A stretch of 58,661 nt of DNA from Candidatus Omnitrophota bacterium (GCA_041653035.1 JBAZGE010000003.1:1-58661); one strand, 5' to 3'. Shown: positions 9,047 to 17,835, counted from the first letter of the stretch. Notes: generated from the sequence alone by a model not told the origin. Translations and numbers: made by a program.

Positions 9047-9093
9047 GGTCTATTGTCGATTTTCTATTGTTCACGCAAAACGTTTAGAAATTT

Positions 9094-9849
9094 ATGGTAC
9101 AAGGTAATAGAGTTATCGCGGTGGCGGGAAAAGGCGGCACGGGCAAGACCACTATCGCTTCCCTTATTGTCGGGATACTCGGCGCGAAAACGGATTCGGT
9201 GCTGGGTATCGATGCCGATCCAAACAGTAATTTGGCCGAATCCCTGGGGCTTTTCGTCCAGGAGACCATCGGCGGGATGCTCGATGATATCGCGGCTCAT
9301 CCCGATACCGTCCCCAAAGGGATGACTAAGGACCGGTTTATCGATTATAAGGTGCAGACTCTGGTCCAGGAATCGAAGGGGTTCGATATTTTATCCATGG
9401 GCAGGCCGGAAGGATCGGGGTGTTATTGTTACGTGAATAATGTCCTGCGCGGCGCCATGGGTAAACTTATCAAGGATTACGAATACACGGTGATCGATAA
9501 CGAGGCGGGGCTGGAACATTTTTCCCGCCGGACCACCCGGCAGGCGGATGTCTTGTTCGTGGTTTCGGATGCCTCGGCTATGGGGCTGAAGGCGGCACGG
9601 CGCATCCATGATCTGGTCAAAGAGTTGAAAATAAAAATTAAGCACAGTTACCTGTTGGTCAACCGTTTCAGCGGCACGCTCGAGGAAAAAAAAGTGCAGG
9701 ACACCGGCCTGGAGTACATCGGTAGTATTCCCGAAGACCCGCAGGTCGCTTCTTTGAGTTTGAACGGTGAATCTCTGCTGATGCTGAACAAGGATGCGGT
9801 AAGTTTGAAGTCTTTGCGGGCGCTTTTAGAGAAAACAAAAATACTTTAA
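9094..9849 (+). CDS. cooC: CooC/AcsF-type Ni-insertion ATPase (MinD/ParA-like P-loop)
   Basis: Deviant Walker A GKGGTGKTT and the CXC metal motif GSGCYCY. Located inside the acs cluster. Confidence 0.85.
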   Translation: MVQGNRVIAVAGKGGTGKTTIASLIVGILGAKTDSVLGIDADPNSNLAESLGLFVQETIGGMLDDIAAHPDTVPKGMTKDRFIDYKVQTLVQESKGFDILSMGRPEGSGCYCYVNNVLRGAMGKLIKDYEYTVIDNEAGLEHFSRRTTRQADVLFVVSDASAMGLKAARRIHDLVKELKIKIKHSYLLVNRFSGTLEEKKVQDTGLEYIGSIPEDPQVASLSLNGESLLMLNKDAVSLKSLRALLEKTKIL

Positions 9850-9861
9850 AAGGAGTCGGAT

Positions 9862-10836
9862 ATGGCGATTGAAATGCTGACTGAAAAATGGCCGGGGAAA
9901 GTGAACGAAGTGATCATTGGGGCCGATAAAAGCGAAGGGGGAACCCGTTCAACCGTGGTCAAAGTGGGGGGGGAAGCAACCATGCCGTTTTTATTCCGCG
10001 AAGGAACTGTCCCGCATAACCCGGTCATCGCTTTTGAAATATGGGATACTGCCCCGGCCGACTGGTCCGATGAGCTGAATAAATCCCTGGGGAGCGTTTA
10101 TCAGGATCCTCTGGCATGGGCGGAGAAGTGCGTTAAGGAATATAAAGCCCGGCTTTTGTGCGTGAAACTGCAGGGCGCGCATCCGGATTCCGGGAACCGC
10201 TCCGCGGATGCCGAAGCCAAGTTTATCTCCCGGTTGTTGAAAAAGGTCTCTGTTCCTTTGATCATAACCGGATGCGGCGATGATGCCAAGGATAACCAGG
10301 TTCTTCCTGCCTGCTGCGAAGCCGCCAAAGGCGAACGCTGCCTGATCGGCGACGCGGTGCAGGATAATTATAAGACCCTGGCCGCCGCGGTTTCCGCTGA
10401 CGGGCACAGTATAATCGCCGAATCGCCTATCGATATAAATATAGCCAAACAATTGAATATCCTTATTTCGGATATGGGATTGCCGGTGGAACGTATTGCC
10501 ATAAACCCGACCATCGGCGCGATGGGCTATGGCCTGGAATACGCGTATTCGATCATGGAACGCGCCCGGCTGGCCGCACTTTCCGGGGATAAAATGATGG
10601 CTTCGCCGTTCATCTGTTTCGTGGGACAGGAAACATGGAAGACCAAGGAAGCAAATGCCTCGGCCGTCGAATTCCCTTCCTGGGGCCCGGAAGCGGAACG
10701 GGGGATTGCCTGGGAGATGATGACCGCCGCGGCTTTACTGCAGGCAGGAGCGGATATCTTAGTTATGCGGCATCCGAAAGCCGTGGAGAAAGTTCAAAAG
10801 TACATAGACGAGTTGATGGCGGGGAGCAAGGCGTAG
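9862..10836 (+). CDS. acsD: corrinoid iron-sulfur protein small subunit (CFeSP delta)
   Basis: 324 aa. Recognisable CdhD/AcsD-type sequence (EIWD..., PLIITGCGD...). Cluster context with acsC and acsE. Confidence 0.85.
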   Translation: MAIEMLTEKWPGKVNEVIIGADKSEGGTRSTVVKVGGEATMPFLFREGTVPHNPVIAFEIWDTAPADWSDELNKSLGSVYQDPLAWAEKCVKEYKARLLCVKLQGAHPDSGNRSADAEAKFISRLLKKVSVPLIITGCGDDAKDNQVLPACCEAAKGERCLIGDAVQDNYKTLAAAVSADGHSIIAESPIDINIAKQLNILISDMGLPVERIAINPTIGAMGYGLEYAYSIMERARLAALSGDKMMASPFICFVGQETWKTKEANASAVEFPSWGPEAERGIAWEMMTAAALLQAGADILVMRHPKAVEKVQKYIDELMAGSKA

Positions 10837-10883
10837 GAGTAAAAGAACCCGGGAGCACCAGAACACCGGTGCGCCAGATCACC

Positions 10884-10958
10884 AGTTAGTGCATAAGTCT
10901 GGCTCTTAGCTCGCGGATTAGAGTTAAACTTATGCACTTACGCACCCATGCACTAACC
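10884..10958. repeat. palindrome of the GTGCATAAG type (acsD-acsE spacer)
   Basis: AGTTAGTGCATAAGT ... ACTTATGCACTTACGCACCCATGCACTAACC. The stem is at least 11 bp (GTGCATAAGT/ACTTATGCAC). Confidence 0.8.
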
Positions 10959-10997
10959 TATGCTCCAGGTTGAAATTTTTAAAAGGAGGGATTGAAC

Positions 10998-11786
10998 GTG
11001 TTCATCATCGGCGAACTTATAAACGGGATGTACGCGGATATCGGCAAGGCCATAAAGGCCAAGGATAAGGCGCCGGTTCAAGCCTGTGCTTTGAAACAGG
11101 TGCACAGCGGGGCACACGCTTTGGACGTGAATTGCGGCCCGGTTTCCCGCGATCCGGTACAGGATATCAAATGGCTGGTGGAGGCTATTCAGGAAGTCAC
11201 CGATATCCCGCTGGTACTGGATTCAAGCAAACCGCAGGTTATTCAAGCGGGTTTGGACGCGGCCGGGAACAAGGTGATCATTAATTCTACGACTGCCGAT
11301 GCAGATAAATTAAAAGTCCTTGTTCCTCTGGCAAAAAAATATAATGCCGGGCTCATCGGTTTGACCATGAGCGCCAAGGGTATCCCGCAGAATAAAGATC
11401 AGCGCCTGGAATTGGCCGCGGAGATAGTAGCTTTCTGTGTGGACCAGGGTTTTCCGGTGGATGAGCTGTATCTCGACCCGGTGGTCATGCCGGTCAAGGT
11501 CGCCCAGTCCCAGATGAAGGATATCCTGGAGTCGATGCAGGAGTTCAAGCTTATTTCCGACCCCGCTCCCAAGACGGTTGTGGGGTTGAGCAATGTTTCT
11601 CAAGGCGCCTGCGGCAGGAAATTGATCAACCGGACGTTCCTGATAATGGCCGCCGCCTTCGGGCTGGATGCGGCCATCCTGGACCCGACCGACCAGGACC
11701 TGATGGACGCGCTGATAACCGCCGAGCTGGTCCTGGACAAACAGATCTACTGCGACTCGTATTTAGACGCATATCGCAAAAAATAG
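10998..11786 (+). CDS. acsE: methyltetrahydrofolate:corrinoid/iron-sulfur protein Co-methyltransferase (pterin-binding, DHPS-like)
   Basis: N-terminus (M)FIIGELINGMYADIGKAI is typical of MeTr/AcsE. GTG at 10998 is better spaced from the GGAGGG Shine-Dalgarno than the ORF-track TTG at 10992. Confidence 0.85.
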   Translation: MFIIGELINGMYADIGKAIKAKDKAPVQACALKQVHSGAHALDVNCGPVSRDPVQDIKWLVEAIQEVTDIPLVLDSSKPQVIQAGLDAAGNKVIINSTTADADKLKVLVPLAKKYNAGLIGLTMSAKGIPQNKDQRLELAAEIVAFCVDQGFPVDELYLDPVVMPVKVAQSQMKDILESMQEFKLISDPAPKTVVGLSNVSQGACGRKLINRTFLIMAAAFGLDAAILDPTDQDLMDALITAELVLDKQIYCDSYLDAYRKK

Positions 11787-11795
11787 CAGGCACCC

Positions 11796-12192
11796 GGCAT
11801 TTTGCCTGCGGACTTATGGCCGTCACGAAAATTTTTGCCGTCGGCTGCGGCTTACGCTTCGCTGCAGGCGCGAAAGATAAAAGCCCCGGAAGAAATCGGG
11901 GCATTTCCTCGCTCAGAAAGATTTTTCCCCGCCGCTTTGCTGCGCAAAGCGAAACGCGGGGACCGCAAAATTTATTCCGCGTTTTCGGCGGCTGCGGAAC
12001 TCGCCCTTGACACTTCTGTGTCAAGGGCTCAGACATCCTCGCCGTCCCGGTATTGTCGCTTCGCTCCACCGGGATACCCGAAACCGCAGAATAAATTTTG
12101 CTAAAATCTTAATTCGCGAATAAACGCCCCGATTTTTTCCCGGGCTAAATGTGGAGAAGATGTGCCGGCCATAACTCCTCCGGCAAAATGCC
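11796..12192 (+). mobile_element. MITE-like element, copy A (397 bp, with extra internal hairpin modules)
   Basis: Terminal inverted repeats GGCATTTTGCCTGCGG ... CCTCCGGCAAAATGCC. The first ~77 nt and last ~35 nt are near-identical to copies B and C. No coding capacity. Confidence 0.75.
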
Positions 12193-12282
12193 TTGAGATT
12201 TGCGGAAGCTACTTTGCCTAAAAGCCCCATTCGCAAAAATTCCGTCAGATTCATTAAAGGTTGTGTTAAAATAAGGTTGCTT

Positions 12283-12864
12283 GTGAAAAATAAGAATGTT
12301 TATATAATCGCCGGGCCGAATGGGGCGGGTAAAACTACTTTTGCGACTATGTTTTTACCCGATTACGCCCAATGTCCACATTTCGTAAATGCCGATTTGA
12401 TCGCTCTGGGGTTGGCGCCGTTTGAGCCGCGCAGCGCGGCCATTAAAGCCGGCAAGCTTGTGTTACAGCAGATTCATGATTTTTCCGCGCGGGGAATTGA
12501 TTTTGCTTTTGAAACAACCCTTTCCGGCATGTCATATGTTAAATTACTTACTGAATTAAAGGCAAAGGGATATGGTTTGCATCTTTTTTTTCTCTGGATA
12601 CCGAATCCGGAGTTAGCCATAGTTCGCATCAAAGAGAGGGTTTTAGAAGGCGGGCATGATGTTCCGTCCCAGGATGTCCGGCGGCGTTTTATTAGGGGGA
12701 TCAGTCATTTTTTTAATTTATATGAGTCTTTATTTGATTCCTGGATGTTGTTCGATAATTCAAAAGCAAAACCGGTTTTGATTGCGAAAAGGCGTAATGG
12801 TCATAACGAGATTCTGGATGAAGAATTATTCGCGCGTGTTCAAAAAATGCGGGGGAATAGATGA
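12283..12864 (+). CDS. zeta-toxin-like / COG4185-type P-loop kinase-fold protein
   Basis: Walker A GPNGAGKTT near the N-terminus, then NADLIA and GGHDVP..VRRRF segments typical of zeta-toxin-family ATPases. Probable GTG start at 12283; the ORF-track extension back to 12193 runs into a MITE end. Confidence 0.7.
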   Translation: MKNKNVYIIAGPNGAGKTTFATMFLPDYAQCPHFVNADLIALGLAPFEPRSAAIKAGKLVLQQIHDFSARGIDFAFETTLSGMSYVKLLTELKAKGYGLHLFFLWIPNPELAIVRIKERVLEGGHDVPSQDVRRRFIRGISHFFNLYESLFDSWMLFDNSKAKPVLIAKRRNGHNEILDEELFARVQKMRGNR

Positions 12865-13013
12865 AAAAACGGATGTCGTTACAGGATAAGGCGGAAGCGG
12901 CGATGAAGGCGGCGGTTCGCGGGGTTGTGGAGCGGCATAAGAAGTCTGGCCGCCCGTTGGCTATTTGGGAAAAAGGCAGGGTTGTTCGTATTTCTCCTTA
13001 TTCCGTGAAGTAA
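12861..13013 (+). CDS. unannotated 50-aa ORF coupled to the zeta-like gene (candidate partner or antitoxin)
   Basis: An ATGA overlap joins its ATG (12861) to the TGA of the upstream gene (12862-12864). Translation: MKKRMSLQDKAEAAMKAAVRGVVERHKKSGRPLAIWEKGRVVRISPYSVK*. It falls below the ORF-track length cutoff. Confidence 0.4.
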   Translation: MKKRMSLQDKAEAAMKAAVRGVVERHKKSGRPLAIWEKGRVVRISPYSVK

Positions 13014-13037
13014 TTCCAGGTACCCCTTGCGGGGCTC

Positions 13038-13220
13038 GGCATTTTGCCGGAGGATGTATGGCCGGCACAATTAGAAATTTTTTGGCATAATTGTAGTTAA
13101 ACTGTCGGTCGGCAAGGAATTACGCTGAGCGGAAGGCGAGGGGAGATAACTATCTCGCGCCTGCAGCGAAGCGTAAGCCGCAGCCGACGGCAAAAATTAT
13201 ACACCCGCAGGCAAAATGCC
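13038..13220 (-). mobile_element. MITE-like element, copy B (183 bp, inverted relative to A and C)
   Basis: Begins GGCATTTTGCCGGAGG and ends CCGCAGGCAAAATGCC. Its reverse complement aligns along its whole length with copy C. Confidence 0.8.
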
Positions 13221-13242
13221 TCGGGTCGATGAAGGTGGAGAA

Positions 13243-14427
13243 ATGATGCTACCAAACAAACGGGGATATTTCGGGGAGTTCGGCGGGCGGTTTGTGCCGG
13301 AGACGCTGGTCAACGCGCTGGAGGAGTTGGAGACGGCGTATGAAAAGGCGCGGCGCGATGTTTCATTCCGCCGGGAACTGGCGTATTACCTTCGGGAATA
13401 TGCCGGTCGTCCCACGTCGCTGTACCTGGCCCGTAATCTGAGCAGGCATTTCGGCATAGAAAAGATCTATCTGAAGAGGGAAGATCTTCTGCATACCGGC
13501 GCCCATAAGATCAATAATACGCTCGGCCAGGCATTGCTGGCGAAGCGCATGGGAAAGAAGCGGGTCATTGCCGAGACCGGAGCGGGACAGCATGGGGTTG
13601 CCACCGCTACTGTGGCGGCTTTGTTCGGGATGAGCTGCAGCGTGTATATGGGTGAGGAAGATATCGAACGGCAGAAACTCAATGTGTTTCGCATGAAGCT
13701 TCTGGGGGCGGAGGTCGTACCGGTAAAAAGCGGCTCAAAGACTTTAAAGGATGCCATCAATGAGGCGATGCGGGAGTGGGTCACTACGGTAAAGGATACG
13801 TTCTACATTTTCGGGACGGTAGGCGGCCCGCATCCCTATCCGTTGATAGTAAGGGATTTTCAGTCTATAATCGGCAGGGAAGTCAGGAGGCAGATAGTGG
13901 AGAAAGAAGGAAAGCTTCCGGATTACTTAGTTGCCTGTGTCGGAGGGGGAAGCAATTCCATAGGTTTGTTTTACCCGTTTTATAAAGACGCGAAGGTGCG
14001 GTTTATCGGCGTGGAAGCCGGGGGATCGGGAATCTCGACCGGGAAACATTCGGCGACCCTGTCTGCCGGAAAACCGGGCGTTTTGCACGGGGCGAAGTCA
14101 TACCTGTTGTCCGATCCCTACGGGCAGATCAAGCCCACTCATTCCATTGCCGCCGGGCTCGATTATCCGGGAGTGGGGCCGGAACACTCCTATTATAAGG
14201 AAAGCGGCAGGGCGGAGTATGTTTCGGTGACGGATACCGAAGCATTGAAGGCGCTGTCCCTTCTTTCGCGCGAAGAGGGGATTATCCCGGCGCTGGAATC
14301 ATCGCACGCGCTGGCCTATCTTGAAAAAATGGCGAAAAAAATAAACAAACGGTCGATCGTGATCGTCGGCTTATCCGGCAGAGGCGATAAGGATATGCAT
14401 ACCGTGGTGGAGAGATTAATTGAATAG
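13243..14427 (+). CDS. trpB: tryptophan synthase beta chain
   Basis: [14 protein letters not shown]-terminus and the PLP lysine motif [19 protein letters not shown] Shine-Dalgarno precedes ATG 13243. The ORF-track ATG at 13216 lies inside a MITE terminal repeat. Confidence 0.95.
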   Translation: MMLPNKRGYFGEFGGRFVPETLVNALEELETAYEKARRDVSFRRELAYYLREYAGRPTSLYLARNLSRHFGIEKIYLKREDLLHTGAHKINNTLGQALLAKRMGKKRVIAETGAGQHGVATATVAALFGMSCSVYMGEEDIERQKLNVFRMKLLGAEVVPVKSGSKTLKDAINEAMREWVTTVKDTFYIFGTVGGPHPYPLIVRDFQSIIGREVRRQIVEKEGKLPDYLVACVGGGSNSIGLFYPFYKDAKVRFIGVEAGGSGISTGKHSATLSAGKPGVLHGAKSYLLSDPYGQIKPTHSIAAGLDYPGVGPEHSYYKESGRAEYVSVTDTEALKALSLLSREEGIIPALESSHALAYLEKMAKKINKRSIVIVGLSGRGDKDMHTVVERLIE

Positions 14428-15211
14428 AATAGATAAAAAATTCCAGGAGTTAAAGAAACAGGGGAAAAAGGCGTTCATCGCGTTCTTGACTGCCGGGTAT
14501 CCCAGCTTGGACGTTACCGGGCGGCTGATCACGGAATTGGGCAGGGAGCAGGCGGATATTATCGAGATCGGCGTCCCTTTTTCGGATCCGATCGCGGACG
14601 GCCCGGTCATCCAGGAAGCTTCCCATGCAGCCCTCAAGAAGGGCGTTACCATGGAAAAGATCTTTGCCATGGTCGGGAAACTGCGTTCACGGACGCAGGT
14701 GCCGGTATGCCTGATGTTGTATTACAACATAATATTTACCTATGGCGAGAAACGTTTTATCGATCGCGCGGCTGCCTGCGGTATCGACGGGGTTATTATC
14801 CCGGATCTGCCTGCTGAAGAAAGCGGTGTGTTTTCGAAGTACGCCCGCGCGCGCGGCATACATACCATCAATTTTATATCGCCCACGTCTTCCCGGGAAC
14901 GCATAAAGAAGACGGCTTTGTCCGCGAAAGGGTTTATTTATTATATTTCGCTGACCGGGGTCACCGGGCCCCGGATGAAGCTTCCGGCCGATCTTGCCGC
15001 GAAGGTGCGCGCGGTCAAACGGATGACCGGGACTCCCGTGTGCGTGGGGTTCGGGGTTTCTTCGCCGGAGCAGGTTAAAGATGTCTGCCGGTTCGCGGAT
15101 GGGGTGATCGTGGGCAGTGCGTTGATCAGGATGATCAAGTCCTGCATGGGCAGGGCGGATCTGGTTAAAAAAATATGTTCGTACGTGTCATTCCTGCGGG
15201 CGCAGGAATGA
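14420..15211 (+). CDS. trpA: tryptophan synthase alpha chain
   Basis: [18 protein letters not shown] motif. 8-nt overlap with trpB. The last codons and the stop run into a REP-like hairpin. Confidence 0.93.
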   Translation: MNRIDKKFQELKKQGKKAFIAFLTAGYPSLDVTGRLITELGREQADIIEIGVPFSDPIADGPVIQEASHAALKKGVTMEKIFAMVGKLRSRTQVPVCLMLYYNIIFTYGEKRFIDRAAACGIDGVIIPDLPAEESGVFSKYARARGIHTINFISPTSSRERIKKTALSAKGFIYYISLTGVTGPRMKLPADLAAKVRAVKRMTGTPVCVGFGVSSPEQVKDVCRFADGVIVGSALIRMIKSCMGRADLVKKICSYVSFLRAQE

Positions 15212-15213
15212 CA
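15186..15213. repeat. REP-like single hairpin related to 4876-4960
   Basis: TGTCATTCCTGCG-GGC-GCAGGAATGACA. Same TGTCAT...ATGACA ends. Overlaps the trpA stop codon at 15209-15211. Confidence 0.8.
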
Positions 15214-15234
15214 ACGGAATTCGCGGGAGCGTGC

Positions 15235-16497
15235 ATGTATCATAAAACAAAATCTAAGAACGGGTTGAATATCGTAACGCGGGCAATGCCTGACCGGAAG
15301 TCGGTTGCTCTGGGGATCTGGATAAAAACCGGCGGGAGGTATGAATCTCCGAAGAACAGCGGGATAAGCCATTTCCTGGAGCACCTGCTTTTTAAGGGAA
15401 GCAAAAAATATTCATGCCGTAAGATAAAGGAATCGATCGAAGGCGTGGGCGGGGCGCTGAACGGCTTTACTTCGGAGGAAGTAACCTGTTATCTGGTCAA
15501 GATCCCTGCCCAGTACCTGGGGCGGGGCGCGGATATTTTGTCGGATATGGTCATCAATCCGTTGTTCCCGCAGGAAGAGATCGAAAAGGAGCGTTTTGTT
15601 ATCCTCGAAGAGCTCAAAATGTACAAAGACCTTCCTCAGAGTTATGTCCATGAATTGCTTGACGGTTTGCTCTGGCCGGGGCAGCCCTTGGGCATGAGCA
15701 TTATCGGGGAGGAGAAAACGGTCCGGAATTTCAGCCGGGAAGATTTTTCCGCGTATAAAAAGCGGCAGTATACCCCCGCCAATATCATTGTCAGCGCCGC
15801 CGGTCATCTGGAGCACGCGGAGTTTGCCGCGCTCATAGAGGAGAAATTTTCCTCACTCGGCAGGTCGGGGCGGAATGCCTGTATCCCCGCGAAGGAATTT
15901 CAGGAGAGCCCGCGAGTGAATTTATTCCATAAAGAGACCGAACAGACGCATCTCGCCCTGGGGTTTCACGGTTTGAAACGGACACATCCTTTGAAATACG
16001 CCCAGGATCTTTTGAGCGTTATGCTGGGCGCGAACATGTCCAGCCGGCTGTTCAATGAAGTGAGGGAAAAAAGAGGCCTTGCGTATGAGATCGGTACCCA
16101 GGTCAAGTGCCTTTCTGATACCGGCGCTTTTATCGTGCATGCCGGGATGGACAATAAGAAAGTCGAGGAAACGATCAGGGTGATTCGGAAAGAACTGCGG
16201 AAGATCACGGAGAAACCCGTGGGCGCGGGTGAATTCAGGCGGGCGAAGGATTTTTTTACCGGCCAGCTTACTCTCGCGATGGAAGACACCATGGATACTA
16301 TGCTCTTGTTGGGAGAGTCCGAATGCCTGCTTGGAAAAACGGTGTCCCCGGAAGAGATCGTGAGTATGGTCAAGAAATTCACGCCTGAGGATATCCGCGG
16401 CGTGGCGCGGGATATCTTTAGGAAAGATAAGATAAACCTTGCCCTTATCGGACCGCTGAAAGGCAAGGAAGAACATATTAAAAAACTCCTGGAGTAA
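15235..16497 (+). CDS. M16-family (pitrilysin/insulinase-like) zinc peptidase
   Basis: Inverted zinc motif HFLEHLLFKG (HxxEH). Start moved to ATG 15235 because the ORF-track N-terminus translates the REP hairpin. Confidence 0.85.
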   Translation: MYHKTKSKNGLNIVTRAMPDRKSVALGIWIKTGGRYESPKNSGISHFLEHLLFKGSKKYSCRKIKESIEGVGGALNGFTSEEVTCYLVKIPAQYLGRGADILSDMVINPLFPQEEIEKERFVILEELKMYKDLPQSYVHELLDGLLWPGQPLGMSIIGEEKTVRNFSREDFSAYKKRQYTPANIIVSAAGHLEHAEFAALIEEKFSSLGRSGRNACIPAKEFQESPRVNLFHKETEQTHLALGFHGLKRTHPLKYAQDLLSVMLGANMSSRLFNEVREKRGLAYEIGTQVKCLSDTGAFIVHAGMDNKKVEETIRVIRKELRKITEKPVGAGEFRRAKDFFTGQLTLAMEDTMDTMLLLGESECLLGKTVSPEEIVSMVKKFTPEDIRGVARDIFRKDKINLALIGPLKGKEEHIKKLLE

Positions 16498-16513
16498 TGG
16501 CGAACAATAACGG

Positions 16514-17566
16514 ATGCACCCGATGAATTTACTCTATCACATTCCTCTGGTTATCGTTTTTTTGTTATTACTGGCGCTTATTTCGTTTTTCTTCTCCCTT
16601 TCGGAAACGGCGATCATCGCTTTGAGCAAGATCAAGCTTCGTCATATGGTCTCGCGCGGTTCCCGGCGCGCCCTCTCCGTACAGCGCCTGCTGATGATGT
16701 CGGACCGGTTCATCACCGCCATCCTGGTGGGGAATAACTTCGTGAATATCGCTATCTCGTCGGTTATCGCCGCGATCTTCGTGAAAATTTTCGGGGCGGA
16801 TTGGGGAGTGATCGTAGCCACATTCGTGTCGACCCTGTTTATCCTTATTGCCTGTGAGATCATTCCTAAAATGCTCGCTCTTAAACATACCGAGAAGACC
16901 GCGCTCTTCGTCTCTCCGCTTCTGGAGGGTTTTATACGGGTTTTCGACCCGGTTATCCGCGTGTTCAGCGCTATAGGTAACGGTGTCTTGCGGATCCTGA
17001 GGATAGAAACTCCTAAACGCTCCCCGCTGATAACCGAAGAGGAACTACGGCTCATGATAGAGGTGGGGAAAGAGGAGGGGGTTCTGACCGATGAGGAACG
17101 GAAGATGCTGCATCGTATCTTCGAATTCGGGGATATCAAGGTGCGCGATGTGATGGTTCCTCTGGACAAAATGGTATCTCTGAATGTTTTGTCCACGCTG
17201 GAAGATGTTCTGAATATGTTCGCCGAACAGGGGCATGCCCGCCTTCCGGTATATAAAGACAGCCCGGATGCCATTGTCGGTATCATGTACGCGCGGGACG
17301 TGCTGTATATGTTGAACGATAAACAGCTGTTTGTCCTGCAGGATTTGCTGCACGCGCCTTACTTTGTCCCGTCTTCGATGCGGGTAAGCGAGATACTGAG
17401 GAGATTCCAGGTGGAAAAGATCCAGATCGCCGTCGTGGTTGATGAGAATACAAAGGCTGTGGGGATGGTGACGCTTGAGGATTTGATCGAGGAGATCGTC
17501 GGTGAAATAGAGGAATCACCTTCGGCAAACGGCCGTCACCGCAGAAAGAAACGGGAGGATAAATAA
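16514..17566 (+). CDS. CNNM/DUF21 transmembrane protein with a CBS-domain pair (TlyC/CorC-like)
   Basis: N-terminal DUF21-type membrane region (SLSETAIIALS..., VGNNFVNI) followed by two CBS-like segments. No obvious CorC_HlyC C-terminal domain; the protein ends in a basic tail. Confidence 0.8.
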   Translation: MHPMNLLYHIPLVIVFLLLLALISFFFSLSETAIIALSKIKLRHMVSRGSRRALSVQRLLMMSDRFITAILVGNNFVNIAISSVIAAIFVKIFGADWGVIVATFVSTLFILIACEIIPKMLALKHTEKTALFVSPLLEGFIRVFDPVIRVFSAIGNGVLRILRIETPKRSPLITEEELRLMIEVGKEEGVLTDEERKMLHRIFEFGDIKVRDVMVPLDKMVSLNVLSTLEDVLNMFAEQGHARLPVYKDSPDAIVGIMYARDVLYMLNDKQLFVLQDLLHAPYFVPSSMRVSEILRRFQVEKIQIAVVVDENTKAVGMVTLEDLIEEIVGEIEESPSANGRHRRKKREDK

Positions 17567-17568
17567 GC

Positions 17569-17596
17569 GTTGACCTTCGGTAATTATGAGGTATAA
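17569..17596 (+). promoter_or_regulatory. sigma70-type promoter upstream of the DUF5679 gene
   Basis: TTGACC, 16 nt, TATAAT. This predicts a leader of roughly 85 nt containing a GCGCG...CGCGC hairpin. Confidence 0.6.
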
Positions 17597-17685
17597 TAAC
17601 TGCTGAGATTTCCGGGGTAAATTCGCGCCGATATCGTACGTTGTGTTTAGCCGCGCACGGTACGCGCGCATATAAGGAGGAAAAA

Positions 17686-17835
17686 ATGGCAGAAACGGGT
17701 TATTGTGTAAAGTGCAAGGCAAGTAAAGAAATGAAAGATGAACAGAAAGTGACCATGAAGAACGGCCGCGCCGCAATGAAGGGAAAATGCCCTGATTGCG
17801 GGACGGGGATGTATAAGATACTCGGAAAGAAGTAA
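17686..17835 (+). CDS. small zinc-ribbon protein (DUF5679-like)
   Basis: MAETGYCVKCKASKEMKDEQKVTMKNGRAAMKGKCPDCGTGMYKILGKK has CxxC...CxxC. AGGAGG Shine-Dalgarno upstream and a strong promoter at 17569-17596. Confidence 0.7.
   Translation: MAETGYCVKCKASKEMKDEQKVTMKNGRAAMKGKCPDCGTGMYKILGKK

Noticed and set aside
11626-12254. ORFs 11802-12104 (+), 11816-12010 (+), 11626-12069 (-) and 12021-12254 (-).
   Set aside because: They lie entirely within MITE copy A and its nested hairpin modules. The translations are Arg/Ala/Pro-rich repeat read-through, and no ribosome-binding sites are present.
12879-13070. 63-aa minus-strand ORF overlapping the 50-aa plus-strand ORF.
   Set aside because: It starts inside MITE copy B at a non-ATG codon and has no Shine-Dalgarno. 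The plus-strand ORF has an ATGA overlap with the upstream gene, which is a much better indicator of real translation.
13216-13242. ORF-track N-terminal extensions: trpB from 13216, M16 peptidase from 15175, DUF4139 from 33193, leuA from 42536, ptsN from 25914, tsf from 23189 and the zeta-like gene from 12193.
   Set aside because: The extra residues are translations of MITE ends, REP hairpins, repeat arms, a tRNA gene or the preceding gene in another frame. Internal ATG/GTG codons with proper Shine-Dalgarno sequences coincide with the conserved family N-termini.
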